Shown here piece by piece: positions 51,581 to 64,000 of a DNA stretch of 64,000 bases; positions within the stretch are counted from its first letter, which is position 1, and every line of letters begins with the position of its first letter. The translations under genes were made by a program, and so were the position numbers. The notes beneath the pieces are model-generated. The model searched no databases, was not told the origin of the DNA, and was given only the letters and a program-made list of their open reading frames with translations. Where the stretch lies: contig NOWV01000031.1 in the NCBI GenBank assembly GCA_003344405.1, positions 496,001-560,000 on the forward strand, read 5' to 3'. The stretch is from Trichoplax sp. H2 (Eukaryota).

Positions 51581-54500
51581 TCACCATTCTGCAGATTCTG
51601 AGAAAATCTTTGAACCTGGAAAGCAAAAGGATAGAGCAAATACAGTTTATAAATGTATTATACACTAGTACCAGACATGCACCTGCTAACATTCTAGCGC
51701 TAATTTTGAACCACTATATCAGCATATTAACATTAAAATAACCGTACTTTCTGATTTTTCTTTCTTTGCTGGGATTTGTCCTGTGGGCGAATTCACTGCA
51801 ATGAAGAGTTTAATATCACGTATGTAATTTATTTAAATTACTTACGGTAGTAACTCACGGGAATTTATCATGCAGTGTAGGAATTTAACACCTAATTCAG
51901 AGCCGATTGCTATACCTATTGAATCTGCTTTCCTTTTCGCAGCGGAAGAGGTTTTTTCAAGCCTATCAGACTCAAATTTTTGCAAGGTGAAGTCTTGAAA
52001 TTCACCAACTAACTTGTTTGAAACTAGCATAAATGTAAATAGACCAATTAGCATAGATCTATAAGAGTACAAAGTGTGCATTATACAAGCATCATAGGTT
52101 AATGGCAATTGATAGCATTTAGTGCTAAGGTTATCAATTTACCATTTACGCTTTCCTTTTCATTTAATAAAATGATATAAAAAGAAGTTTCGTCCATAGG
52201 GACAGGCATTGGCTTCGCTCCACCTTATAATAAACAGCAGAAGGGATTATTTATTGTGCTATAAATGAATTAGTAACTGTTTGTCAACTTACCAAAAGCA
52301 GAAAAGTAATCAGCAATTTTACTCAAAGGCCAAGGCTCCTTAAATCGCATCACAAATACATGCTCTCGTGATGGACGAACTGTATCGACAGTTATCGAAA
52401 AAATCAAATATTACGGTTACTGTACCGCTTATTTTAGTGATAGCAAAAATATGAAAGTATTAAAGTACCATCGTCTCCACTCAAATTCAGGTAGGGTATG
52501 TCCAGCATTCTATGCATTTTAATCCTGCATTGAAGGGAAAGACGCTACTTAGCCTCACTTAAAACGAACGTGTATTATAATCCTAAAAACATCTGCACAG
52601 TACGTATATTACAAGGTGTACATACTTTCCATTAAAAGGTTGAAGAACTTCGCTTTGTAAATTGCAACATCCATTTTCGTCTTCAGTTAAAGTATCTATA
52701 GAAAGCAAACTAAGTTGTATTGATGCGATATTATACTCAAGAATGAAGAACAGAGCAAGAATATTCGATAATCTTAAATCAATGTGGCCAAGCGTATTTA
52801 CCATAATAATACAGCATCCTAGCGAAAACTGTACCACAAATGTACGCATCGTAGCCAGCGTCATGATAATGTTCATGAAAATCTTTACAATCAATTTCTT
52901 TACAAAATTCTAAATTAAAGAAATAACACAAAATTCTCAATATAAAACGTTTTATCTTTAATAGCGTAATATTCATACCAATTGAAACATTTTGAAATGG
53001 TTCCTTCTGACTTCTTTTCTCAGCTGCAGCTAAAGAACTGTCTGCAAAGTATGTCTAAATATATGCGAAATGATAAAAACAACAATTTACGAATAATCCT
53101 GTACGTTTGCAACAGCTTGTACGACATGTACGGTACATTGTGAACCATAAATCATTGCAGATATTAAGCTACAAGCTTTGCAAGAAATATTGCATTGGTG
53201 AAGGCATGTTAAAAGTTTTCACGTTGACTACAATTGTATGTTTGTAATGTCATTATCTATGGCGAAGACGATAGGATTTTAAAGTAGAGACTAACCTTAA
53301 TTGGTTCTGTAGTAGCCATCAATTTAGTGTCGTATAGGCTGAAATGAAGGAATTTACAGTACATTAAATGATTGCATAATACAATATATAAGAACACGGA
53401 AGGAGCGGTCGTTGTTATTTTGATCATATAAGAAACGAATTACTTGGGGAAAGCCGTATTTACAATTTCTTTAAATTCATAGTAATCCTAAAATATTGAC
53501 AATATTCAGATATTAGCTTTATCGTACATGACTTTTCGTAGAGATGTTAATCCTAATCATTAGACTCACATTAGGCAAAGGTGCTATAAATTGGTGAACC
53601 AAATGCAATATATCGTGCAGCATATTATGACCAACAACCGGAACATTCTGTACAAAATGATCTTTAATTTAACTGACGTAACCTGGTATCAGTAATCTAT
53701 CGCACAGTAAACTCTGTGTATACATGTGCATGACGAAAACACAAATTAATTCATGAAACAGATTTCTTACTGCTTTACGAAGTATATCAATAACTTTGCA
53801 GAATCCAACAGCATCGTCAAGTTTACTCTAAATCAGCGTTAATTACAGAGAAAAGAAAAAATTAATGATACAATCTTCATTATTATCGATTACCATTAAG
53901 TTTGCTAGCAATTCTAAAATGAGTTATTTTCATAACATAGTCACACCAATTGAGTTTTAAATTTTTCTTCGGCAGCCTGTGCTTTCTCTTTTTCGTCCAA
54001 TTTCTTTGCAAGAATATAAATACCCTAATTTTGTTTATCAAGAGGTAAGTTTCTTAATCACGTTTAAAGCTTATTCATAAACATCTAAATCTGCTTACAC
54101 TCTCTTCTCGTACAGTTTCTGGTAGCATGTTCTTATCAGTACACCTAAAAAGTAAGTAAATATAATTAAATGCCAGTTACATACACTGTCTAACAATTAT
54201 TTCCCCTTTGCTAGAATTGTTCATACCTTGCATATAATAATTCGTAAATAATTTTCCTATGATATCTGTACAATTTCGTAATAATATGATTTAATGAGCA
54301 ACCTTAATCAAATCATTAGCTTCTAAAGTATGCAACTAAAAGAAGGTCTAACCCGGAGCAAGATGGAAATTGAAGAATTTTCTTGCTATTATCAGATAGC
54401 CATTCATCAATTAATTGACTAAAATGATATGTAAATATAACATCTCATCAAAGAAATTATTACGAAATAAAAATTCCCACAACCCTATCATTATTAATTG

Positions 54501-57262
54501 AAGCAAAATCACACCGTGATCATACAATAGAAAGATTAATGACTCACATCATGTCTTTAACAAATTGCTGATCAGAATCAGCAATTTTAAAGGATAATTG
54601 ATACGGATATTTATTTTCCTTTGCTCTATTATACTTTTCGTCTTCTTTTTCCCACATTGATTTCATTTTCTCTTCTATTTTCATTCGACATTCAGCTTCG
54701 ACAATGGAGTTTAGATAAGGCATTCCTATTATTTGAGAAAGATAAAGCTTAGCAGATGGTTGATTTCTAATTCTTATGATGTCGGATAAAAAATAGGAAC
54801 TTGCTAATTGAAATCATTTAACAACTAGCTTACCGTCATTGAATACTTTATTAAAATTGAATTTATGCTGGCTAAGAAATTTGATGCTTGAAATCTGTGT
54901 TTATATATAGTAAAAATTGCTGATTATAATCAGGCAATTACAGAGATATGACCGTCAATACCTGTGTAAATACTATCTAATTTGATAAATTTTTACTTGA
55001 CAAGAAAAGCCATTCTTATTTGGACCACTGTTATCGTCTTGAGGAAATATGTAGAAACTAAAGGGAAACGCTGTAAAGCTGGACACAATACGATGAAATT
55101 TGGATGAACACAGTCAAAAACAGGCTTGGATATTTTAGCATAGTATTTAGTTAGTGTTTGTAATCAAGAGCTTAGTATTATAACTATAGTCAATCCGTCT
55201 ATATACCTCTTCTTGTCTTCATTAGGCACAAAGACACATAAGCCACATTGAATCATCAAGAAATTTTGTACAATCTAGCAAATTGATTTAATACTCAGTT
55301 TTAGAACATGACTGTATATTATCGCATATACATAAATAATGTAGAAACTGCCGTAAAAATCGTAAATACTATATGACTATAGCAGTATGCTACTTTACGT
55401 CGTAATTCATTATTAGAGTAACTAATCATATCTATTCGATTCTATCCAGGATTTTGCAATTCTTAATTAAAAAGTTGCTTTGATAATTAATTTTTATCAC
55501 TGTCAATACCAGCATCAAGCACAAGAATCGAAATGAGCAAATAGCTAAGAAGGTATCGGAAAAGATTTACTTTACCGGCGAACTGATCATTTTAAATAAT
55601 AACATGATGGTTAAAACTGAGGACTTTGATTTGAACTCTCAAAAAGGATATGTTGTTAATATAGTCATTGAACTATTATTTCATTACTTTAAAATGACTA
55701 GTAATAAAGCATTAAAATACTATGTCAATACTTATGATATCATGATTAGGTATGGTAAATAAGATTAAGCTTAAAAGTGACAGCTCAGCTTCGAAATTGA
55801 CTAACCTTACTTATTTTCTGATAACGTTGTGCAGGCGATTCGAACATATCAAATGCTCTGCTCTCATCACTGTTAATTCCTACATTAAATTAAAACAATT
55901 TAAAAATTTTCAACTAGAGGAAGTTACGGTAAAGGTAAATTGACGTCGTTCTATGCAGATGGTTAATTATGCACTAAAAAATTACAGTTACTAGAGTATG
56001 AAGCAATTTATTAGTCTATTGACGCAAGAGTACACAATCAGACAATTAGAATAATGTACCCGTAAATTCTCCATCCAGTGCCACAAATGCCGCTTTATTT
56101 ATGATGGATTTTAAAATATCGATAGCCTCATTTAAGTCTAGAATAAAAGAGAAGCATCATTAATTTCAGTTCATCATTTTAGACACCTATGAATTAGCAA
56201 GGAATCTACGTGGTTAGCTCTAAGTAGCACGTCATTAAAAAAGTAATATTCACTACCGTGATACATTTGAAGGATATGGTAGGGAATCAAGGCAAGTGTT
56301 AATTTCTATCTAGCTCACTAGCTCAAAGTTGTACAAAATTAGCCGAAACTGAACTTCATCATTGCATCTCATCCCCAATTTCCCATAGGCTCTCCTACCA
56401 AGGTGATGAGCTCTAAGTTGCATACAATTAACCTAAACTCATGCGCGTATTCATTCATTGATTCATTTCTATCCCTTGGCTACTTCAACTTCTACTGGTG
56501 GCTAGCTGTAAGCTGCTTCAAATTAGCTTCAACTCAAACCTATTCATCGATTAATTTCTATCTCTTAATGCTCAGTGGACATGCATACCTCAACACTGAA
56601 CTTAATACCGATTCTGAAATCATTTAATTTTAGGTAAATTTGTAGTTGGTGTGCTTATACGATCTCGGAAATAACATCAATTGAACGAATAATTGCTTGT
56701 ACGTGCGTACAATGTCCTCAAATAACGATCATGGGTAGGACATGAGCGCAGAATTTATACAAGAAACGATTGTGTTCAAGAAATTGTCTGTGAATTAACG
56801 GAGTAAAGGAAAAGTTCTAAGTTTTGTTGGATACAATCCATACTGAATATAGTTCCGTTGTTCTACTGTGTCATGTAAGCTAGAATTCGTCCATGAATCT
56901 TGAACTCATGCAATTGTTCAACTTCAACCTATACAAGAGTTCTATGTTACAAATTTACTTCAATCAAGACTAAAATTTGTCCTTTCATCTCTCTCTCTCT
57001 CTCTTATGCTAGTCCTATACTCTCCAATTTATACCTACTGTATAAAGGTTAGCTGGAAGTTGCATCATCCAAACGAATAGAAAAGTCCTCGATGCCATGA
57101 CAACTATGGATGAATGAGTGTCGTATTTTATAACATATATATGATGGATGCAGAACGTGACTGTGACAAAATTTTCGTCCTTTGAAAGGTATTTCTATCG
57201 ATAGCAAGATGTTATAGCATCACTGTTGTATACATTGCCTTACTTGAAGAGATGACTTCCAT
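51581..57262 (-). CDS. PARN: Poly(A)-specific ribonuclease (DEDD/CAF1 nuclease, R3H-like insert, RRM), multi-exon
   Basis: MEVISS|NLNEAIDILKSIINKAAFVALDGEFTG, QISSIKFLSQHKFNFNKVFNDGMPYLN, DDAVGFCKVI, VVGHNMLHDILH, LYDTKLMA, HDAGYDAYICG, DIPYLNLSGDD..PSREHVF and C-terminus KIFSESAEW*. Confidence 0.92.
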
Positions 57263-59269
57263 GATTCTAGCTGAATAAACTTCCAATCGCTTGATCTTCT
57301 TCAAGATGCGTTGCCATGTAGTTATGGACACGGATCGACTGCCTGAGTCAAGAGTTAGTCGATCTGGTATATAGCCCACCCTACAAATACTGATGGCCTA
57401 TTAATCGCTTGATGCAATCGACTGTTGGCTACAGTACCCTCATGCACCTATTGGCAGTCTACTGTATCAATCCCTTCATTATGGCATACAAATAGTATAC
57501 CGTCGTTGCACAACGGTAGTACAAAACCAACATAACGCATAAATAGGCACTAGTAGGCTACTGGATATTTAAATTTGATATGATTTAGAATAGAATTTCA
57601 TCTTCCTATCACAGTTTACAGACCTCTAGTAGGAACTGCTGCGATTCAACTTTTTAGAGACATTAAAAAGGAGAGACGGCATACTGAGCCGCCATGCTTT
57701 CGCTCATGCATGGGATGGATGGACAATGTTGTGCAGTAGTGTACAGCATATGATGGACGAGACGATATCCAGACTTTGCACGAGCTATTTTTGAACGCCT
57801 TTGATTTCCAATTATTGAGGTAAGAGAATGCTATAATAAGGACATGGAACATCCTCAAGTTTACATGGCTCTGCTTTAATGATGTTATATTCTATGCGGG
57901 TTGGTGGATAGTACATTGACCACCCCAAATCTTCAGCATCAGTGACGAATTTTTGCTAATTAATCTGCAGGACAATAAACAAATATATTGCCAGGATTAT
58001 TTCAAAGTCGATATGCTTTAGGTTTGATAGTAGCTATTAGGTGAATATTCATAGCTTTGAATCAATTATTGCTCAACAAATTAATATCATTCTCTTCGAG
58101 GGTAGTTATTGCAGTTCAAGTGTGCAATCGGACTACTACATGTAAAGTACTAAAGGGCTTGTTAGCAATCTAGAGTTGCGGAATAGTACATACATCCATT
58201 AATTCATGTAGCCCTCTTTCACTTGTAGTTGGATGTGAAAATTTGATTACGATAATGGCTCTTACTCATGCCTACTACTGTATACTGTAAGAGTAAATAG
58301 AGTGCTTGTAATATGTTGATCCTAACGAAAGGATAAAAAACTTGTTCATCGCTGTAAGTGAAAATTTCCATTCCTAATTATGATAGTTTACTATAATCAT
58401 CACCAGCGACAGTTACAAATAATATCTACCATCTCAATGTCGTAAAAGGGCTCTACCGATATAAAGTAATTAGGGATCCGATACAATCTTGTAGTTCATA
58501 CATTCAAAGTTAATAATCACAGCAGCTCGTTATAGATGGTACTTGGAAGCCTAGTGGTGGACCTAGGGTTTTAAAAAAGACTTACAGAATGCTATCGAGT
58601 AATATTAATATGGAATTTATAAACTTCAGCAGTAATAACTGCGAGTCATGACTACTATCAACTTACATGCACTAAGATCACAATCCATCTGATTTCATGA
58701 TGAATTATCCATTTTTAACATACTACCATGATTGAAATACAGCACGACATACCTGCTATGAAGTACGCCAGTGCTCATGTAGAGAATAATAGTTTACAAA
58801 AGAGTTAGTAGCTTAGCAGATGGTCAACTCGAAATGTATGCAGTATCGGCCATGACAGTAATAGTTTAAATTCAATCTACAAAATTCTACCAGGCCTCAC
58901 AATCGAGGATAACTTTGTACTGTAATCTACGCAAAACATTTAAATCTTATCTAGTGATGGAACACTCAGTTTTGGTAGAAACTTGAAGGGAATAATGAGA
59001 ACTACAAACGTGAGCAAGTGGTGATACTGTTGTGTTTAAAAACAGAGACGACTATTGCTGCAAACAGTTAACGTCTGGCTAACGCTACTGTGTTAACAGA
59101 CTTTCGTTGAAAACACAGGGAATAACGCAATCAGCATGTCGAGCATTACACATATGTACGATACCCTACCACCATTTATCCAAGTTAAGGCTAATGACCA
59201 CAGAACTTTTTGACGATACTGTACATTTTTATTCGATTAAAGATTCAACAAAACAGTTTGATAGGTTTT

Positions 59270-60723
59270 TTAAAACGCCATAGCATGTGGATATTGCTTC
59301 TTTCGTAGCGAAAAAGGAGCACGTAAATAAGGCTTCATCTGGTCAACCTTTGCAACGGCTGCGATGACTTGACTATCTACGGCTGCTTGATCTTCTTTCT
59401 TTTCAGGACTCGCCTCAGTTTTCTTTTCTTCCTCTTTAAACATTTCTTGATTCTTACGACGTTTTGCTTGGGGATTCTTGAAGTAAGCATCGTTCAAGCG
59501 CTCAGGCAATTTCACACCACTAATGTCTAATTTTGTCTTAGTAGCAATTACATAAGCTTGATCGACACGTCTCAAAGGCACACCATTAATTTTGTAAGGA
59601 CCTGCATTTCGGGATTAACAAAATATTTATCCATTACTAAAGATGTCCTTACACTATTAAATCCTAGTACAACTTATGGTTACGACACTGAGCCTAGAAG
59701 GGTTTATCGTCAGCTAAGTGTGAACTATTAATCAACCACTTAATGTCTTTCAGTTTAGTCTACTACAACTGTTTTCATCGCAGCCACTAGAAGCGAAATA
59801 AAGAACCTAATGCTTCTAAGATATGTGTATCATAAGCTACATTATACTGCAAAAACTAAATGATATGACACACATCCAGTAGTAACATGAGATAAAATAC
59901 AAAACACTGTTCTGTCAAAGCTTTCAACTAACCAGTAACCAAAAGTAAACCAGAAGCCAACTGTTTCAAGAATACCACACGCTAGAATAATCATAATTAG
60001 ATATCATTTCAGTTTAGAAGATCTTGCAATAATATTCAAAGTAAGTCTAATAAGACGAAACCTACCTTGCCACGGTGATTGCCAGCTAAAAGGATTAATA
60101 CGGTACCGGGAGTAATCGACGAACGAAGTTTAGTTGGTCTTTGCTTCTTTCTGTTAACTAGCGGCCTTCTGGTATCTTCAGTGGGGTAGTAACGAGGCTA
60201 AATAGATTCAACAACATCATCCTATGAGTCCTACTTTCTACTTTCTAACTGACTGAAGATTAATAGCGTGAAATCAAGTTGTACAGCAGAATAGACAGGC
60301 TATCCACTAAAACGACATGAGGACAAGATATTGATGTGATACAAAAATCTCATTCTCCTTTCATTTGAGGATATTCAATATGGAATATCGGCAAACGATA
60401 ATCCTTCTGCATGATACATTAATCTATCGTTATTACGATTTATTCGCAGCGGCAAACATGCTCAAGCAAGGAGTAGAGTCTAGAACAAAGTGTTGAAATC
60501 GATCTTCATGACTTACTTCACGCTGGACAGGTAACACTCGTTGATTGCCATTTTTATCGCCTTTAACAGGTTTTACTATAGTCTTGGCAATTTCTTGAAC
60601 AACCTTCTTTGTACCGACCTTCTTACGCTTGTACAATGCCCTTTTTCGGTACATTTGTGAGCGCGAGTACAACATTGCTCCTCCTGGGAGGACTTTATTT
60701 CGGGATTGATGAGGCTTACCCAT
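59270..60723 (-). CDS. RPL6: 60S ribosomal protein L6 (eL6), 4 coding exons
   Basis: [118 protein letters not shown]. Confidence 0.97.
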
Positions 60724-60912
60724 GGCTGGTCTGTCAAGAAGATTGAAAAAAAAGTGTTTAATTGAACGTTTCGACTGGACATTATTTTACAACAGGATAA
60801 AGAGTATGTCTATCAAGGTTAATATTAATATGGAGCCCATAAAATATAGTCTGATGAAGAAGATAATTGAAGGATAGGAAATTTAGAAAAAGTCACACAG
60901 ATCCGCCATTAC

Positions 60913-60936
60913 CTGTCAATGAGGTGAAAGGAAGAA
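60913..60936 (-). promoter_or_regulatory. Short non-coding first exon of RPL6 beginning with a 5'TOP/TCT-like pyrimidine tract
   Basis: The minus strand reads TTCTTCCTTTCACCTCATTGACAG|GTAATG. A matching acceptor CTTGACAG|ACCAGCCATG lies just before the start codon. Confidence 0.7.
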
Positions 60937-61806
60937 TTTGCTGCGCGTGCTCGTACTTTTAAGCTAGCTCGCATGCTTCAAAACAGTGAAAATGATTCAT
61001 GGCAAGCTACTACGCATGTACCGTACGCAGTACTGTCGGTCCGTCCTTTCGGCTGTACACTGTGTACAGTAATAAAGCACCTTGGGGCGGTAGCATGGAA
61101 GGAGGTGTAATCATCAATCAGGACTAAAAAAACTTCTAGAAAGTGTTCAGTTCTTACTGTATCTACAAGTTATATAACACATTTGAGCATTGACAGCGTC
61201 AGTCAATGGTTTACTACAGAACAGTACTGTATAATAGTGTATAGTACTGTATACAGCTGTATTGTAGACAGTCTGCAGTCCATAACTATGCGAATTACCC
61301 TTATTGAATTTCGACCTCAATTTCATGGGCGCGGCGAGCGCTAAACAGTGTACAACACATTGACACTGTACTGCATTCGCCTAAGTCCTTCCTTCCTTCC
61401 TTTCTGTCCCTTCTCCCTCAAAAAAGAACGGGACACCCTACCACCTCTACAGTGCAAACAATTCAGGGCACAGTACAGTACTGTAGTACAGTGAGTGGAC
61501 GACGTGATCCGAATACTGTACATTCGATATTACAATTTTTGCATCAATTTGTACAAAATTGATCACAAATACATGTGGTTTTAAGATGTACGGAGAGCTC
61601 TTGATTTCCAGATTCTACATCCGTAATTCAGTTTTACATTTAAGCTGTAAATTTAGCACTATAGCTATGCAATACCATCATTTTCGACGGTACCAAATAA
61701 AAGCACGTCAAATCAACACTTACAGTACTATGACTTACTACAGTACAGGGTACTGTGCACTCTACTGGTTCAAATCCGTTCAGCCATGGTGGAGCCCTTA
61801 GCTGGG

Positions 61807-63440
61807 ATATTACGTCTTTCAATTTGGAAGGCATTGACTTTGAAATTGGCTCAAATTTTCACCATTATGAAAGATTACAACAACCTTGAGTAATTGGCAC
61901 TGGATGATTATTTTAATTTTGCTCATTCTAGAGTTATTTTATTTCTTAGAAGCAATTTCTAATGCAAACCATCAGTCACTGATACCTGCACCAACGGTTC
62001 AATCAGTATACAAATCACCCTGAAATAGTGATCTTATATAGAATCGAAACTGTAGTGCTAACTTTAATATTACGCCTTTCAATTTGGAAGGCATTGACTT
62101 TGAAATTGGCTCAAATTTTCACCATTATGAAAGATCACAACAACCTTGAGTGATTGGCACTGGATGATTATTTTAATTTCGCTCATTCTAGAGTTATTTT
62201 ATTTCTTAGAAGCAATTTCTAATGCAAACCATCAGTCACTGATGCCTGCACCAACGGTTCAATCAGTATACAAGCCACACTGAAATAGTGGTCTATAGTA
62301 TCGATACTGTAGTGCAGTACGGTACGAGTATATTAGATGTTGTTTTAGAAACTGTATTGTACACTGTACAGTAGGTCGTACTCGGCTCGAATTCCCACCG
62401 CTTTTAGTAGCCCATGAATTGATTCTACTTTTCCGTGTCATGGATTGCTACAATACTTCTACCTCCTGTTTATGCCCTGCTATAATCTGATTACTATAAA
62501 TGATAGCAATAAACGTTATATTTTGATGATGTCGATGAAATAAATGGACCAGTGTAAATATCATCATCGCGGACAACTATCGAGCTTTGCTTACTCGTGT
62601 TCTACTGCGCGCAGAGTATAGTACACGAGTAAGCGAACCTTAACGTCTCCCCTTCTTTAGGTTTAATCATATATGAATCAAACTAGTCGATTATTTAGTG
62701 TATGATCANNNNNNNNNNNNNNNNNNNNGCTCATTCTAGAGTTATTTTATTTCTTAGAAGCAATTTCTAATGCAAACCATCAGTCACTGATACCTGCACC
62801 AACGGTTCAATCGGTATACAAGCCACCCTGAAATAGTGGTTTATAGTATCGATACTGTAGTGCAGTACGGTACGAGTATATTAGATGTTGTTTTAGAAAC
62901 TGTATTGTACACTGTACAGTAGGTCGCACTCGGCTCGAATTCCTACCGCTTTTAGTAGCCCATGAATTGATTCTACCTTTCCGTGTCATGGATTGCTACA
63001 ATACTTCTACCTCCTGTTTATGCCTTACTATAATCGGATGACGATAATACTTCTACCTCCTGTTTATGCCCTGCTATAATCTGATCACTATAAATGATAG
63101 CAATAAACGTTATATTTTGATGTCGATGAAATAAATGGACCAGTGTCAATATCATCATCGCGGACAACTATCGAGCAAAATACGATAATACTTCTACCTC
63201 CTGTTTATGCCCTGCTATAATCTGATTACTATAAATGATAGCAATAAACGTTATATTTTAATGTCGATGAAATAAATGGACCAGTGTCAATATCATCATC
63301 GCGGACAACTATCGAGCTTTGCTTACTCGTGTTCTACTGCGTGCAGAGTATAGTATACGAGTAAGCAAACCTTAACGTCTCCCCTTCTTTAGGTTTAATC
63401 ATATACGAATCAAACTAGTCGATTATTTAGTGTATGATCA
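61807..63440. repeat. Nested tandem duplications around a 20-N gap (62709-62728)
   Basis: 260 bp offset copies start at 61807 and 62067. 62181-62708 recurs from 62729, with a ~138 bp sub-unit (AATACTTCTACCTCCTGTTTATGCC..ACTATCGAGC) expanded at ~63047 and ~63187. Confidence 0.9.
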
Positions 63441-64000
63441 TATCTGTAGCATGGAATAAATGAATAAGTCAACTTAAAATGAATCTTCTTTCTTTTTAAC
63501 ACGAAATTTGATCTTTTCTAATTCGCCCTTTTGTTATCGTTATTGTAAATATTTAAATCAGTGATGATTATCTGATCTAACGTCCAGTAAAGTGTGAAGT
63601 TATACAATTGATCGCTACGAATGAATTTAATTAATAATTACAAAAATGATATCATTCAACTGATTCATGACAGTTACATCACCACAATTTATCAATTCTT
63701 ATCATAAAGAAAGTGATTGTCAAAATATTAAAATAACTTGAGCGGATAGCTACAAAAGATTGAACCTAAGCCAAAATCATTATAATGATGGCCTATCATT
63801 TCAATCATAGAATCTATGTAAATTGATCATGGCTAATCTAACTTTAGGCTTAGGCCATTCATTGCTTGAGCAATAGTGAAACAGACAGAGAAATTGGACA
63901 TTGTTTTGATCATTTCTATAGCTATTCTAGTAGAAATTTGCAGCAATGTAATCATAGCTTTTAAAAGGAAGCAATTAATCGCCCAATGTAGATAGATGCT

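Overview
AT-rich eukaryotic DNA with many short GT-AG introns and two 20-N scaffold gaps. Gene content and compactness suggest an early-branching animal such as a placozoan (inference only). Splicing exons by hand gives eight protein-coding genes: a CASKIN-like ankyrin/tandem-SAM scaffold (+), UTP6 (-), two tandem SLC25A10-like mitochondrial dicarboxylate carriers (+), GDE1-like (-), MAP2K3/6 (+), PARN (-) and RPL6 (-). Most ORF-track entries are exon fragments or spurious. The more unusual signal is non-coding. (i) A ~1 kb tandem duplication of the convergent CASKIN/UTP6 3' junction decayed reciprocally, each gene keeping one copy, with a palindromic array between the copies. (ii) ACTGT/ACTGG/ACCGT-type pentamer runs cluster upstream of several genes. 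(iii) Many locus-specific 117-305 bp tandem duplications lie in promoters and early introns, one of which multiplies a splice donor. I found no tRNA, rRNA, CRISPR, transposase or ribozyme, and cannot claim a new multi-gene system from sequence alone.
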